Source: Guillardia theta CCMP2712 (Eukaryota; Protista; Cryptophyta). Taken from it: 38,101 nucleotides of DNA. Below are positions 22,060 to 33,433 of this stretch, one piece after another (positions within the stretch are counted from its first letter, which is position 1; each line of letters starts with the position of its first letter). Below the pieces are notes generated by a model. That model searched no databases. It was not told the DNA's origin and was given only the letters and a program-made list of their open reading frames with translations. The position numbers and the translations under genes were made by a program. The DNA lies in assembly GCF_000315625.1 (NCBI RefSeq), contig NW_005434600.1, positions 14,352 through 52,452 on the forward strand, given 5' to 3'.

Positions 22060-22875
22060 TACATAGTACTATGATGATGTAATGGCCCTCCGATTCGATC
22101 AGTGACCATCCGTGACGTGGTTGCACTCGTGATCTGCCAGTTGACTCAGTGAGGCCCGGGCCGCCGGGGCCGCCGGGCCCCGCGGCCCGGGCTGAGCGGC
22201 ACTGTGACAGTGAGCCTCCGGCGGCGGCGGCCATCCGATGATCAGTAGGCAGTGCCGCTGGTCACGTGGCAGTCCTGAATGACCCTAGCCTTGAGTGCCA
22301 GTGCAGCCCGTCGCGGCCGGGCGCTGGTCCCGCCGCGCTGGTGCCAGGCGCGGGGGGGCGGTGGCAGCACTGCGGCTGCCAGAGTGCGGCCGGCGGCCCG
22401 GCCGCCCGGCGGGACTGAGTCCGGGGCCGTGATCTGAATCAAACTTTCCGAAGTTCCCGGAAGTTCCGGGCCGGAGTCCGGCCCAACTTGAAGTCCGATC
22501 ACCGTGGCACTGTACGGTCCGGCACCGTGGCACCGCCCGGCGGGGCGGCCTCAGTCGGACTGCCGCGGTGCATGCAGCAGTCACGCGGCCGGTTTGCCCG
22601 GCGCCCGGCGCGGCCGGGCACGGCGGGGCCGGGCCCGCACCCGGCGGGGTCTGGGCCGGGGATCATAGTACTATGATAGGCCCCGGACGCCGGTCCCCGG
22701 CGGCCCGGGCACTGATGGGTGCTGTCCCGGCGATCGAGCCGCCCCCGGGCCCCGGCGCACGGGACTCTGAGTCTGTCACTGGTCTCAGTAGTACAGGCTG
22801 TCAGGCCCGGGCCGGGGATGATGCATGCAGTGCGGTTGAGGGGGATGATGCTCTGATTTGTCACGTGTCTTAGTA
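22060..22875. repeat. GC-rich intergenic word-mosaic island
   Basis: Dense CCGG/GGCCCGGG words with TAGTACTA, TGATCA, ACTCAGT/ACTGAGT and GTCAC; no convincing ORF. Confidence 0.75.
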
Positions 22876-23753
22876 CTGAAAAAATGTTTAACTAAAAGTA
22901 TTTAGGGAGGCCGCTATCTTGCATCTGTGGGGGTTGAGGGTTCATGATCAGGGGTGGACTTGAGTACCCGGTGGTCCCAGGACCATTTTTTCAATGAAAA
23001 ATATGTGAAAGTATGGGGTCAATTTGATTATGTTTTTTGACATGATTCACTGATCATGGGTGGGTGATTCAGAGAAGGGGGTAGGGGTGATGCAGGAGGA
23101 TCGGTGATGTAGGCCATGCGGCGCATAGAGAAGAAGAGCGAAAAGCGAAGAGGAGAGAAAGAGAGGAGAAGAGATGCCGAGGAAGAGAAGAGAAGGAGGA
23201 GAGCAGAATGAGCGAGAAGGAGGAGAGCAGACGAGAGCAGAGGGGAGGGAAACAGAGCAGAGGGGAAGGAAGCAGAGCAGAGGGGATGGGATGGGAGGGG
23301 ACGAGAGGAGAGGAGAAGGGAAGAGGAAAAAGGGTACAAGACGGGATGGGTGGGACTGGAAGGGAGGAGGATGAAAGGGATTGACATGGTCAATATCGTC
23401 CAGGAACAAGGGCATAGTTAGTGGTAGATGGAGACAAACTGAGAAGGGTGCCAAGAATGATGAAACTAGCCAGCGAAGAAATGGAAGAGCATAAGTAGAT
23501 CAGAGAGGACAGAAGCAGGTGGCGCTTTCCCTCGTATCATAGAGCGCGCTCATTTCTTTCCTGTTGGTTATGCACGCTAACGGCGATGTGGGAGATGGAC
23601 AGAGGGTAGAATCCTGTGGAAGAGCGACAGCCATGTTCACTAGCATTGCGATCTTTCAATCGTGACATTGACGTTTCCTTCTGAACCAGCACTCGTGTGC
23701 CTTCAAACCAGTGTTCACAGCGTAACCGTGACCATTTGGCAGTTCAAAGAGCC

Positions 23754-24522
23754 ATGATGGGTCGTTGCATTGCTCTATGGTTGATCCTGTCCCTTGTCTT
23801 CTGCTTGAGCTCTGCTCAACTTGGAGGTCGTGGGCTGCAAGGAGGAGGAAGGGCTGCAGAAGCTGAGTGCGTGCCCAGCGCCATGCTGGTGGTCAGGATG
23901 TGACCTGCTGCTGCAGGGCTGCTGCTGGAGGAGGAATGAACGACGAGATCGTCAGGCTGCTGCAGCAGATGCAGGCTCAGCAGGCGCAGGCGCAGCAGGG
24001 GGGGCCTGCTGCTCCTGCTGCCGGAGTGAACAGGATGGAGGTAAACAAGCCTAGTCAGCCAGCACAGAAAACGGCAGAGAGGAAGGGAAACGACGACTTC
24101 GCTCGCTTGTTGCAGCAGTATGCCATGCAGTCCCAGCATGGAGGAGGCAGAGGAGAGATGCAGGAGGAGGAGGAGGAGGCAGAGGCCATGCACATGGGAG
24201 GGCTGCATGCTCCTGGCATGGCCAGCCCTCCCCAGGGTATGATGGGAACGGCGCCAGGAGCAGGAGGCGGATCAAAAGGTTTGTGCAGGTGGTGATGGAG
24301 GCATAAGGGTGAGGAGCGCATGGCAGGACAAGGAGGAGCGTCTGCCCTGTTTGAAGCTCTTGGGATGGGAGGGGGAGACAAGGTCAGCGGAGAGCAGGCG
24401 CTTGGAGGGCAGCAGGCGACCCCACCAGCCGGAGCAAGTCAGAAGAATTCAGCACAGGCTTCCAAGGCCGCACTGTTGAATCGCCTGGCTGGAATCTTCG
24501 GAGGAGGAGGAGGAGGAGGAGG

Positions 24523-24559
<37 letters not shown>

Positions 24560-25696
24560 TCATCAGGACAGGTGAAAACAGTGTGGTGGTAGACGAGATG
24601 GTTTCTGACTGGGTTGAAGACTACCAAGCCAAATCCTTCCGATGATGAGGAGACCTGTCCTAATGGAGTCTGCCGTGCAGGAGGTGAGAATGTGTTGTCG
24701 AGAAGTTGAAGTTGCAGTCGTCTGATATCTTGTGCAGGAGCTCCTCAGCAGAAAGCTGTAGCTCCCCAAGCATCGCGCTATGATCTCATGTGCCAGAAGC
24801 AACATGGGCCAGGGGCAGGTGAAACCTCTTGTGTCTTGTTGGCGGTCAAGTCAGCGTGTTGAGACTTGTTGCCAGAGTTCGATGGAGTTGACAGCTGCCG
24901 CTGCAAGGAAGGGTATGAAGAAGTCGACGGAAAGTGTAGAGAGGTGAAGCAAAGTTCTCCAACCCCACACTTATGTCACCATCTTGACTGATACCAAACT
25001 TCGACCTTGACATCTGAAACCTCCGCACCCTGCGATGGCTGGAGGGGTTTGACTGTCGGACAGATCGGACATGTCGGCGCCATGTCGGCGCGGCGCGGCT
25101 CGGAGGCCGCAGGCAAGCATTCTGCCGCCCTGGTCAAGGTCGACGTTCTGTGCAAGAAGGAATTCGGTACGTGACGAGGACGGGAGAGCATCGTAGCTTG
25201 ACACGTCTCGTTGTTTGTTATGGTGCTGCATCTGCTCTGTGTTTGCTCTCCCCACCCCCCCCCCCTTTCTCCTGCTCTCTCCCGCCCTGACCTTGTCTAT
25301 CCCTCAGTATTTGTGTGCATCCGTACTGAACTTTCCCAACACAAGTTTTCTTTGTGAACCCATGACTCTCCTCTCCTCTCCTCTCCTCTCCTCTCCTCTC
25401 CTCTCCTCTCCTCTCCTCTCCTCTCCTCTCCTCTCCTTTCTTCGTCTCTCCTTCTCCTCCTTCCCCTTGTTGCTCATGTTATGGTGTTTTCAAGGTCAAG
25501 GAGCAGAGTTCGATGGCAAGGACAGTTGTCGTTGCGCGCAAGGGTTTGCAAACAGGTTTTCCGCGCGTTTTCAGTTTGTGCAAAGGCAGTGAAGTTTGAA
25601 CAGAGGAGGAGCGTGTGTGGAGGTTGGTCATGAGAACGCGCCGATGCCGTACCGACAGGTTGAATATTTCTTGATGCGCGATGTTTAGAAGCAATT

Positions 25697-25756
<60 letters not shown>

Positions 25757-26798
25757 GTGATTGAGATGATGATGAAAATGGCGATGAAGAAGCAGAAAAA
25801 GAAGAAGATGCTGATGATTATGATGATGCTGGAGAAGAAGATGAAGAAGATGCTGATGATGATGGAGATGATGATGATGATGGTCATGAAATTTATCTTT
25901 CTGTCTCGTTTGATTTTCGTCTCACTTTGAATCCAGGGAAAGACGAGCCCACAAGACGCAGCCATTCAACGTTACCACCAGATGTGCCGAGATCAGTTTG
26001 GCGAGAATGCAGAGTTTGATGGAGTGAGCAGGTGAAGAATTTTTAATGCTCTCCTCTTCTCCACTTTGCTCTCCTCTCCTCTCTCCTCTCCTCTCCTCTC
26101 CTCTCCTCTCTAAGTTCCCCTCTTCTGTTCTCTTCCCTTGTTCTTCCCCTCCCCCCCCCCCCCCCCTCCTCTACCCAGCCCTCCCCGTCCTTTCACTCTC
26201 CTTGGCTCCTCTTTCCTATTCCTGGGCTGGGCAGTCACGACCTCTACTCAAACAAGAGAGAAGTTCCCCCTACAGTCCGGGGAAAAAGGGGTTTGAAGAG
26301 AAAATGGATCCCCGGACCCCGGAAGAAGAGCNNNNNNNNNNNNNNNNNNNNNNNNNNNNNNNNNNNNNNNNNNNNNNNNNNNNNNNNNNNNNNNNNNNNN
26401 NNNNNNNNNNNNNNNNNNNNNNNNNNNNNNNCACGTCATTTCTCTCTCCACCCCCTCTTCCCACAGTCTTTCACTCCTCCGGCAGGCTCTCTGCAAGCAG
26501 CACTTCGGGGAGGGCGCAGAGTTCGATGGAGCGGACGGCTGCCGCTGCCGCAGGCATGTTACCCAACACCTCCCCTCCTCCCATTTCTCCCTGCACCTCC
26601 CACCCTATTCCACGTGCAATGTTGTTCCTGCTCCTTCCTCTTCTCCTCCTTAGCTTGCCCCAACGGATTTTCTTGTGTCCTCAACCTATTTCTTCGTGTC
26701 CTGGTGAGCATCTGATAGTTCCCTGCAGCGGATACCGCAATGTCAAGGGCAAGTGTGTGCCTGGAGGAGAAGGAGCCAAAGCCTTCGGCCTCTCATAG
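23754..26798 (+). CDS. Multi-exon secreted protein: signal peptide, Gly/Gln/Ala-rich region, at least four Cys-rich EGF-like repeats
   Basis: N-terminus MMGRCIALWLILSLVFCLSSA. Spliced repeats: LMCQKQHGPGA/EFDGVDSCRCKEGYEEVDGKC, VLCKKEF/GQGAEFDGKDSCRCAQGFANR/GGAC, QMCRDQFGENAEFDGVS.. and LCKQHFGEGAEFDGADGCRCRS/GYRNVKGKC. An N gap lies inside the gene. Confidence 0.8.
25697..25885. repeat. (GAT)n microsatellite, intronic
   Basis: Read directly. Confidence 0.95.
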
Positions 26799-27005
26799 TC
26801 AGTCTACGAGTCCTCTTCACATCTCGGCCACTTGTAAATGTAGATTCAGACTTCACTGGATTTCCTCCAAACTCTCTCGCTCGTTACTCTCTACGCCCTC
26901 CAGTAATGGGCAAACACTTGTCGTCAGTGATCCCTACTCTCTGCTCCTGCCTTCCGTTTCTTCTCTTTCGTCCTTCATGTTCAGATGCTTTCAGGAGCTC
27001 TGCTC

Positions 27006-28603
27006 CTACAAGAAGTAGTCGGGTAGCGCCTTGAGCTTGGGCTTGCCTTCTTCTCCATGCTGGTGACGAGGAGCAGGATCGAACTGGATCACGCTCTTGT
27101 TCAAGTTCTCTGCTCAAAGCATCAATGAACAAAAACAATCGATATCAAATCGTATCACCGTCGAGCTGCATGATCGCAGCTTGATTGCCGCATCGATAGC
27201 AGTAATTTGGTGCGGAGAAGAGAGTCAAAACTCCACCCGAGTGCTGTCGAATGTGAGAGAGAAAATTGCACATTGCACGGGACAAACCTGCCACTGATAA
27301 CCTTCCATGATGAGCTGATGTGCGCGCACAATGTATTGAAGGTTATTATCATGGTTGAAAGTCTCTGTAATGTCCTGCACAACTCTAGATAAGCACATAC
27401 TCAAAATTCAAGATAGTTCGGACCTGCCCAAAGGTGTACCCTGCACCACGAGGAGAGATTCCCCATCCATATCTGACAAGCAATCAAGGGTGGGCCAACA
27501 AAGAGTGACCGAGCGCTACCTGTCGTCGGGATCTGACCACATCAGATCGCAAATGGGTCCCTCATGAGGAATCTCAACGAAACGATCAAGTTTCTGCACG
27601 TGCTCAATTCTGGCAGAATCGTCAGTTAGAGAGTTTTCAATTCTTCTGTGCTAACCGGTCAAGTGAAGGGGAAAGACCGCCGTGAGGAGTGAAAATCGCA
27701 TCGTCGACCAAGGCCGCCAATGGAAGGAAATCAAAAAGATCTTTCAAACAAGTGAGCAAAAATTGTATCTGATTCCAGAACAGTCACCAGTGAAGTGCTT
27801 CCAAACATTGGCAGTCCCGTGCACCCTCAAACATTCATCATAAAATCCGTAAACCTGACAGTACAGCGACAATCAATAAATGTACCAATCGAATCGAATT
27901 CAGGATAGAAATTTCTCTCGCCAGCTGCTTTTTGTGATTGCGTACCTGTGTAATTTGTCTGCATTCGTGATTTCCACGGGTCAATGTTATTCTATCGGGA
28001 TATCGAACCTGAAACCAAAGATTGAGAGGATGAACAAACAGGACTCGACATCAAAACCTTGAGAGCAACCAGGAGCAACACACAGTCCAACGAATAAAAT
28101 CCACGATCTACGTAGTCACCCTAGAGCCTTGTCAGTGCTAGAATCCATGCGAAGTAGATCATACCAGGAACAGGTAGTTATGGAATGGCGGCTTGCCTCC
28201 AATTTCGAATAGTTCAAGCAGATCGAAAAATTGACCATGGACTGAAAAGTTGCCAATGATCACTCGTCTGTAGATGCCGTACCAAGCAACAATCACACAC
28301 CATCGCCAACAACTATCACTGGGGCTTGCACGCCTTTCACGTTGTCTTCGTTCTGCAATATTTCTTTTGCCATCTCGCACAACTTGCAAACCTGGACGAA
28401 AGTATGAGACAACCCCGTATAAAGGCAACACCTCTCACATCTGCTTCTGGAAGAATATTGTGTGCAGCGCTTCCACCTCGCTTCTGTTCGAACATATCCG
28501 AAATTATTCTATCAAGATCCTTGGTAGAATACTTTTCTACTGCAAGAAAAATCAAACTCCAATCAACCGTCTGGAGATCCCGATCTACACCTTCCGAATC
28601 CAT
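27006..28603 (-). CDS. PPP2C: Serine/threonine protein phosphatase 2A catalytic subunit (PPP family), about 13 exons
   Basis: Spliced motifs [115 protein letters not shown] and C-terminal PDYFL*. Confidence 0.95.
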
Positions 28604-28781
28604 CTTGAAATTGGAGTGACTGGAGGCAACCTAGCGTTGATGAGCACTCGAGCCTGTTTTTCGCACGTCACTTCCATCAACAGAAAAAGATGAAGCAGAA
28701 ATTGAAAACGAAGATGAAGTACACTGTATATGTCACAGGGTTCATCGCTTAACTTGGTTGTGAGCTGGAAGAAGGCATAAA

Positions 28782-28823
28782 AGGTGGGACAAGTCTACCA
28801 CAGGTGGGACAAGTCTACCACAG
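28782..28823. repeat. 20-bp perfect tandem duplication (AGGTGGGACAAGTCTACCAC x2) upstream of PP2A
   Basis: Read directly. Confidence 0.9.
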
Positions 28824-29734
28824 CGAACATGAAAGATCATGTAACAAACATACAAGAATGCAAGGATATACTATGCAGCTAAGAAAGAGGAACACACTTT
28901 ACGCAGCTAAAGTTTGCCAGAGGTTACAGCACACATGTTGAATGGCATTGAGCTTGCGATTGGAATAATGTTGAAGAGCAGCACAAAAACCATCAATTAG
29001 CACCGCAATTGGTATGAGATGAATCATGGAAGAAGCATTTTTGTGATGATGAGGCTTGAAAGATCAGACGATTTTTATCTCTAATGCAGAAAGAGCAAGA
29101 TTGATCGGTCAGGGAAGGATGGTAGGATTCGAGCAAATCATGCCACTAATATCTCCCCTGGTGGACTTTCCACTGTCAACCAGGAGCAAAGAAGGAGAAG
29201 GATAAATGAGGTAGGAGCAGAATGAGTTTTTGTTGCAGGAGGAGGAGGAGGAGAAAGGGCGAAAATCCGCGAGGCAGAGAGAATGTGTGAACTTTTCATC
29301 TGCAGCGCCCGCCATTTCCTACGGCATGCGGCAGCGGCAAAGCGGCGGCGGCAGGGGTACAGAACTTCTTGCGGAAGAGCAGCAGGAACTTTTGAGGTTC
29401 AATTGGAGAACTATTCAGCAAATTAATACGAACATTTGGTGAAAAGAATCTGAATTAGAGGAACTCTCGAGAGGAAATTAGGAACTTTTGGCTGAAATGG
29501 TTTTATCAGAACTTTTCGGAGGCTGGATACAACTCATTCAAGAATACCGCCAATTCCAAGCTTGGAGAGCAACATGAAATATTCAAACTAAATTATTGTC
29601 TAAAACTTCAAATATACAGAATTATTATGAAATATTTAAAATATATATATCTAATTCTCAAACCTGTGTCGCACCAAGACACACCCACCGAAAAGATGAG
29701 GAAAACTTTCTGCAGAGAGTGACTGAGCTTGTCG

Positions 29735-30290
29735 GAACTCCGTGACTGCCGTCAGCGCCCGGCCGGCCCGGCCGGGCCCGGCGCCGCGGCGGCCTACTAC
29801 GCGTACTACCCGGCGGTTTACTCAAAGTTAAGTTAAAGTGACACGGTATGATCGGACGTGATCGGGCCGGCCGCGCGTCCGACGGTCCTAAACTCAGGGC
29901 CAACCGGGCGGCAGGCGCCGGGCCCGGGCCCGGGAGGCCGCTCCCCGGGCCCGGACCGTGCGGATCCTGATCATCGGATCCGACTCGCCGAGTAGGCATG
30001 GTCGCCGCCGCTGGGGGGCCCGCCGGGTGGGCCCGGCTGGCCGGGCCGCGGGGCCGGGTGGGTTGCCGGGCCACAAGCCTCCTCGATCGGAGTCCTGATT
30101 TAGTGTCCTCGTACTGATTCGGATTTTTGACTTAACTTGCCAGGCTGGCAGGCTTTGAGTATGCCGCAGCCGGGCAGTACTACCATCATGCTCTTTACTC
30201 AAAGTTAAGTAAAAGACTACCGTTCACTACCGCCGAGTGTTTACTCATCGCCGAGTCGGCTGCACAGTGACTTCAAGTTTACTTACATAT
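29735..30290. repeat. GC-rich intergenic word-mosaic island
   Basis: CCGG/GGCC-dense, with TGATCA and AGTACT, and TTTACTCAAAGTTAAGT occurring twice (~29817 and ~30194). Confidence 0.75.
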
Positions 30291-31078
30291 GCTGTAGGAC
30301 CACCCCTACAGTACCCACCATAATCCACCACCCCCACCCCTCTGGCAAGCAGCTGCACTCATCATGAAGATAGTCAAGTTAACAAACTCCTCTACCCCTC
30401 GTCCCCCCACAGCAAGTTAACAATCGGTGCCCCTACCCCCCTTGAAAAGAATTCAGTCAGCAATCTACCCCTCTTAATTGGAAAAAGTAACATGTGCTAC
30501 CCCTCATTTCAGGTTTGATTGTCATGTTTTTACAGTCGAAGGGTAGGGTACATACACCCACCCATGGCGTAACGTACGGTGGTATCCACCCCCACCCCTC
30601 CCAAATGCTGAAATTTTTTCTGGCACCTCGACGGTCTTGACGCTCGTAATCCCTCGCGACCTCCTGGCACAGTCCACCTCCTTGACTGCCCCAACCCGCG
30701 TCTTCGCGAATCCATCAGTCTCCACTCCTCCTCCTCTCTCCCTCCTCCTTACATCCTTTGCCCATCCTACTCCTCAAAACTTTCTCGAATTCCACTTTCC
30801 TTGTACCTCTCCGCTCGCCCCCTTTATTCCCCCACTGCTGTTCATCAACTTCTTTGTCCTCCGCTGCCCAGCCTGACTCTCCTCCTCGTGTATTCCTTTC
30901 CCCACTTCTGAACGTTGTGCATACATCACCAGCAACAACGCTTCTTCCCACTCAAAGCCTTGCCTCGCGTTCTAGAAGTGTACAACTATCGCGAGAACGT
31001 GAGGCAAAAATTGGACTACTGTGATCTTTAAGTCATCTTAACCTGTAAGTCATCTATCAACACCCAGCTACCTCTACC

Positions 31079-32056
31079 ATGCCACGTCCAAGAGCATCCA
31101 AGGAGAACATCCAACTTTCAATAGATTTCGCTGCCGTCTTGACGACGGCAAATGAAGGGAAATGCCATTGCATTGCCAGGCACGGCAGCCTGAGCTTGTT
31201 CAATATCCTCAGTCGGTGCGTGCCGTCTGCGGTCAGGCACCCACAGATGGCTGAGGAGAGCTGCACTTCTCGTAAGGCAATCTCAGAGCCAGAGATCCTC
31301 AAGGTTCTGGAAGCTTGCGGCATGTTCAAGCGGTACAGGCATAGGCGAGCGGGAAGGATAGAAGATGATCCTGCAGGGGCCGGCATGAGTCTATTCCTCG
31401 GTCGACGTTGGAGAGACCCTTCGATTCTTTCGGACATGGTGGTGCTGCGGGAAGGGCATGATTGGCTGTGCAGCCTGTATCCTTCCTACAAAGAGGAATG
31501 CAGTTTCAACTCCCTCATCACGACGCTCAAGGAGGTTATCGAGATGTGGACCCCCCGTAACCCCTTCCTGCAAGGCCGGAACAGGATATTCCACAGCCAG
31601 GACGAGAGCAAGGTCTCTGTCAAGCGCTCGCTCGTCGATCCCCCTGCATCGATTCAATTCGCGGTATCACGAGCTGCTGAATTTAACAACTTTGCTCCCC
31701 CACCAGCCAAGAAACCCAGGAGAAGGCAATCGTCGGGGAAGAGAAGCTGCACGAGCAAGGCCGAAGAAGCTGTTCAGCCAGCAAGTGCAGTAGAGATCAA
31801 GCCCATGCTGGGCCATGAAAGCTCCACGTCGCTCAAAGGTACATTGTCGGCACAAGAGCAGACGATCAGAACGGTTGAACCTTTAGAGCAACACAAGGAG
31901 GCTTCGCAACATGGCAGTCAGAGATCGGAGCTTTCATCCTTCGTTGAAGATCAGGACAAACCCTTGGATCTCTTTGACGTTTTGGGATACCAGGACTTCG
32001 ATCTGTCACCAGATCTTCACTGTCAAACCATGTTTGATGTTCTTGCGCCGCCTTGA
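31079..32056 (+). CDS. Hypothetical protein (coding probably from ATG 31247), basic N-terminal domain, NLS-like PPAKKPRRR
   Basis: 325-aa non-repetitive ORF with a basic block KRYRHRRAGRIEDDPAGAGMSLFLGRRWRDP and an acidic C-terminal tail. Confidence 0.7.
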   Translation: MPRPRASKENIQLSIDFAAVLTTANEGKCHCIARHGSLSLFNILSRCVPSAVRHPQMAEESCTSRKAISEPEILKVLEACGMFKRYRHRRAGRIEDDPAGAGMSLFLGRRWRDPSILSDMVVLREGHDWLCSLYPSYKEECSFNSLITTLKEVIEMWTPRNPFLQGRNRIFHSQDESKVSVKRSLVDPPASIQFAVSRAAEFNNFAPPPAKKPRRRQSSGKRSCTSKAEEAVQPASAVEIKPMLGHESSTSLKGTLSAQEQTIRTVEPLEQHKEASQHGSQRSELSSFVEDQDKPLDLFDVLGYQDFDLSPDLHCQTMFDVLAPP

Positions 32057-32329
32057 CTCGCGCAGCGCGTACTTCGTTGCTACACTAAGTAGTACTCAGT
32101 GTTTCAACGGGCCGGGCGGGCGGCGTGCCCATGATCATTCAGGCCGCACTGGCTGGCGGCAGTTCCGACTCGTTTCAAGTTTCCAGTGACGACAGTGTGA
32201 TTGATTTGAACCTCAGTCAGAAGTATATTGATAGTTTTATCCTTCAAGATATGTGTCCGAGCCTTCCGACTAGCCGGAAGCATCCGATGATTATCACGGT
32301 TGACCGACGAAACTTGTGACCGCATGATT

Positions 32330-32710
32330 CCCAACTTTCAAGTTTGAAAGGCTTCGAGCTTCAGTGCTCAGTGCCGGGCCAAGCCGCTAAACTGACCGTA
32401 CGGTCACAGCCTACGGTGAACCGCCGGGTCACCGGGTCATAACTTGGCAACTTGGCAACTTGGCAAGCCTGGAAGTTCAACCGTTGAACCGTCCGGACGG
32501 TTCCCAGCCAGGCCGCGGACTCCCGGCGGCCGCGTCACCGTGGCCTTCAATGGCGGTTCCCAGCCCGGCTCCGCGGCCGGCCCCTGAGGCTCCGTGAAAC
32601 AGGCTGCGCTGCGGCAGTGCCAGCTGGCGGCTGTGGTCGGCACCCGGTGACCGGCCGGGCCCGGTTCCGAGTTGAGGAGTCCGACGGTCCGAACTGGGTC
32701 AGTCAGAACT
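32330..32710. repeat. GC-rich intergenic word-mosaic island
   Basis: Same vocabulary as the other islands, plus (AACTTGGC)x3 at ~32441-32466. Confidence 0.7.
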
Positions 32711-33433
32711 TTGTTTGGTAGTGAAGTTTTAATTCGGAGGTTTTAAAGTTTGGAAAGTTTTTCAAGTGACGCAGCACTGGGTCCAACGTTGACCTACCCC
32801 ACAATAATGACCCACAGGTTTACCCCTACCCCCTTCATCTGAATATGAGATCTAATTTCAAATTTTTATTTAATGAAAATTATAAATAATGTTATCAATA
32901 TTTCAAATAGTTTGGAATTAAGTATCACCCCACTTGAATTGATCCCTGACTTCATGACCCCCCACCCCCCTTCCAATTCCCTTACTTCCATCCTCTCATC
33001 ATCACGCTTGCCCCTTCTTTCTCCCACCGTCTCTCCTTCTCCTCCTCCTCCTCCTCCTCCTCCTCCTTGATCCTCCTTCTCCTCCTCCTCCCCTTCTCCT
33101 CCCTCCCTCCCTCCCTCCCTCCCTCCCTCCCTGCCTCCCTCCTTTCATCCTTCTCCATCTTCTCACTCAATATCTCTTGTTCTGTGACTCACTCCTTTCA
33201 CCACTTCGTTTCCGTGTCCTTCCCAACTTGGGTATCACCCAGCCCTTGCAGGATTCCCCGCCAACACCTACTTGTACTGCGTCATCTTTCAGACCATATC
33301 CATCCTTTCTCATCCGCCTCTCTTCTCACCTTCTTTCCTACGGACTATCCTGTCGGTTTCATCAGATTCCACCTCTCTGCACTAGAGCACTGTAACCCCC
33401 TGTCAGCTCGCAGCAGCTTCCGGACACATAGGA

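Noticed and set aside
22037-22873. Gly/Pro/Arg-rich ORFs in GC islands (also 29658-30202 and 32437-32643)
   Set aside because: Stop-poor GC-rich repeats with no domain signal.
25474-25965. Poly-Met and poly-Ile ORFs
   Set aside because: (GAT)n intronic microsatellite.
29109-29442. Small ORFs upstream of PP2A
   Set aside because: No recognisable motifs, and I could not build a consistent spliced model; possibly UTR or promoter sequence.
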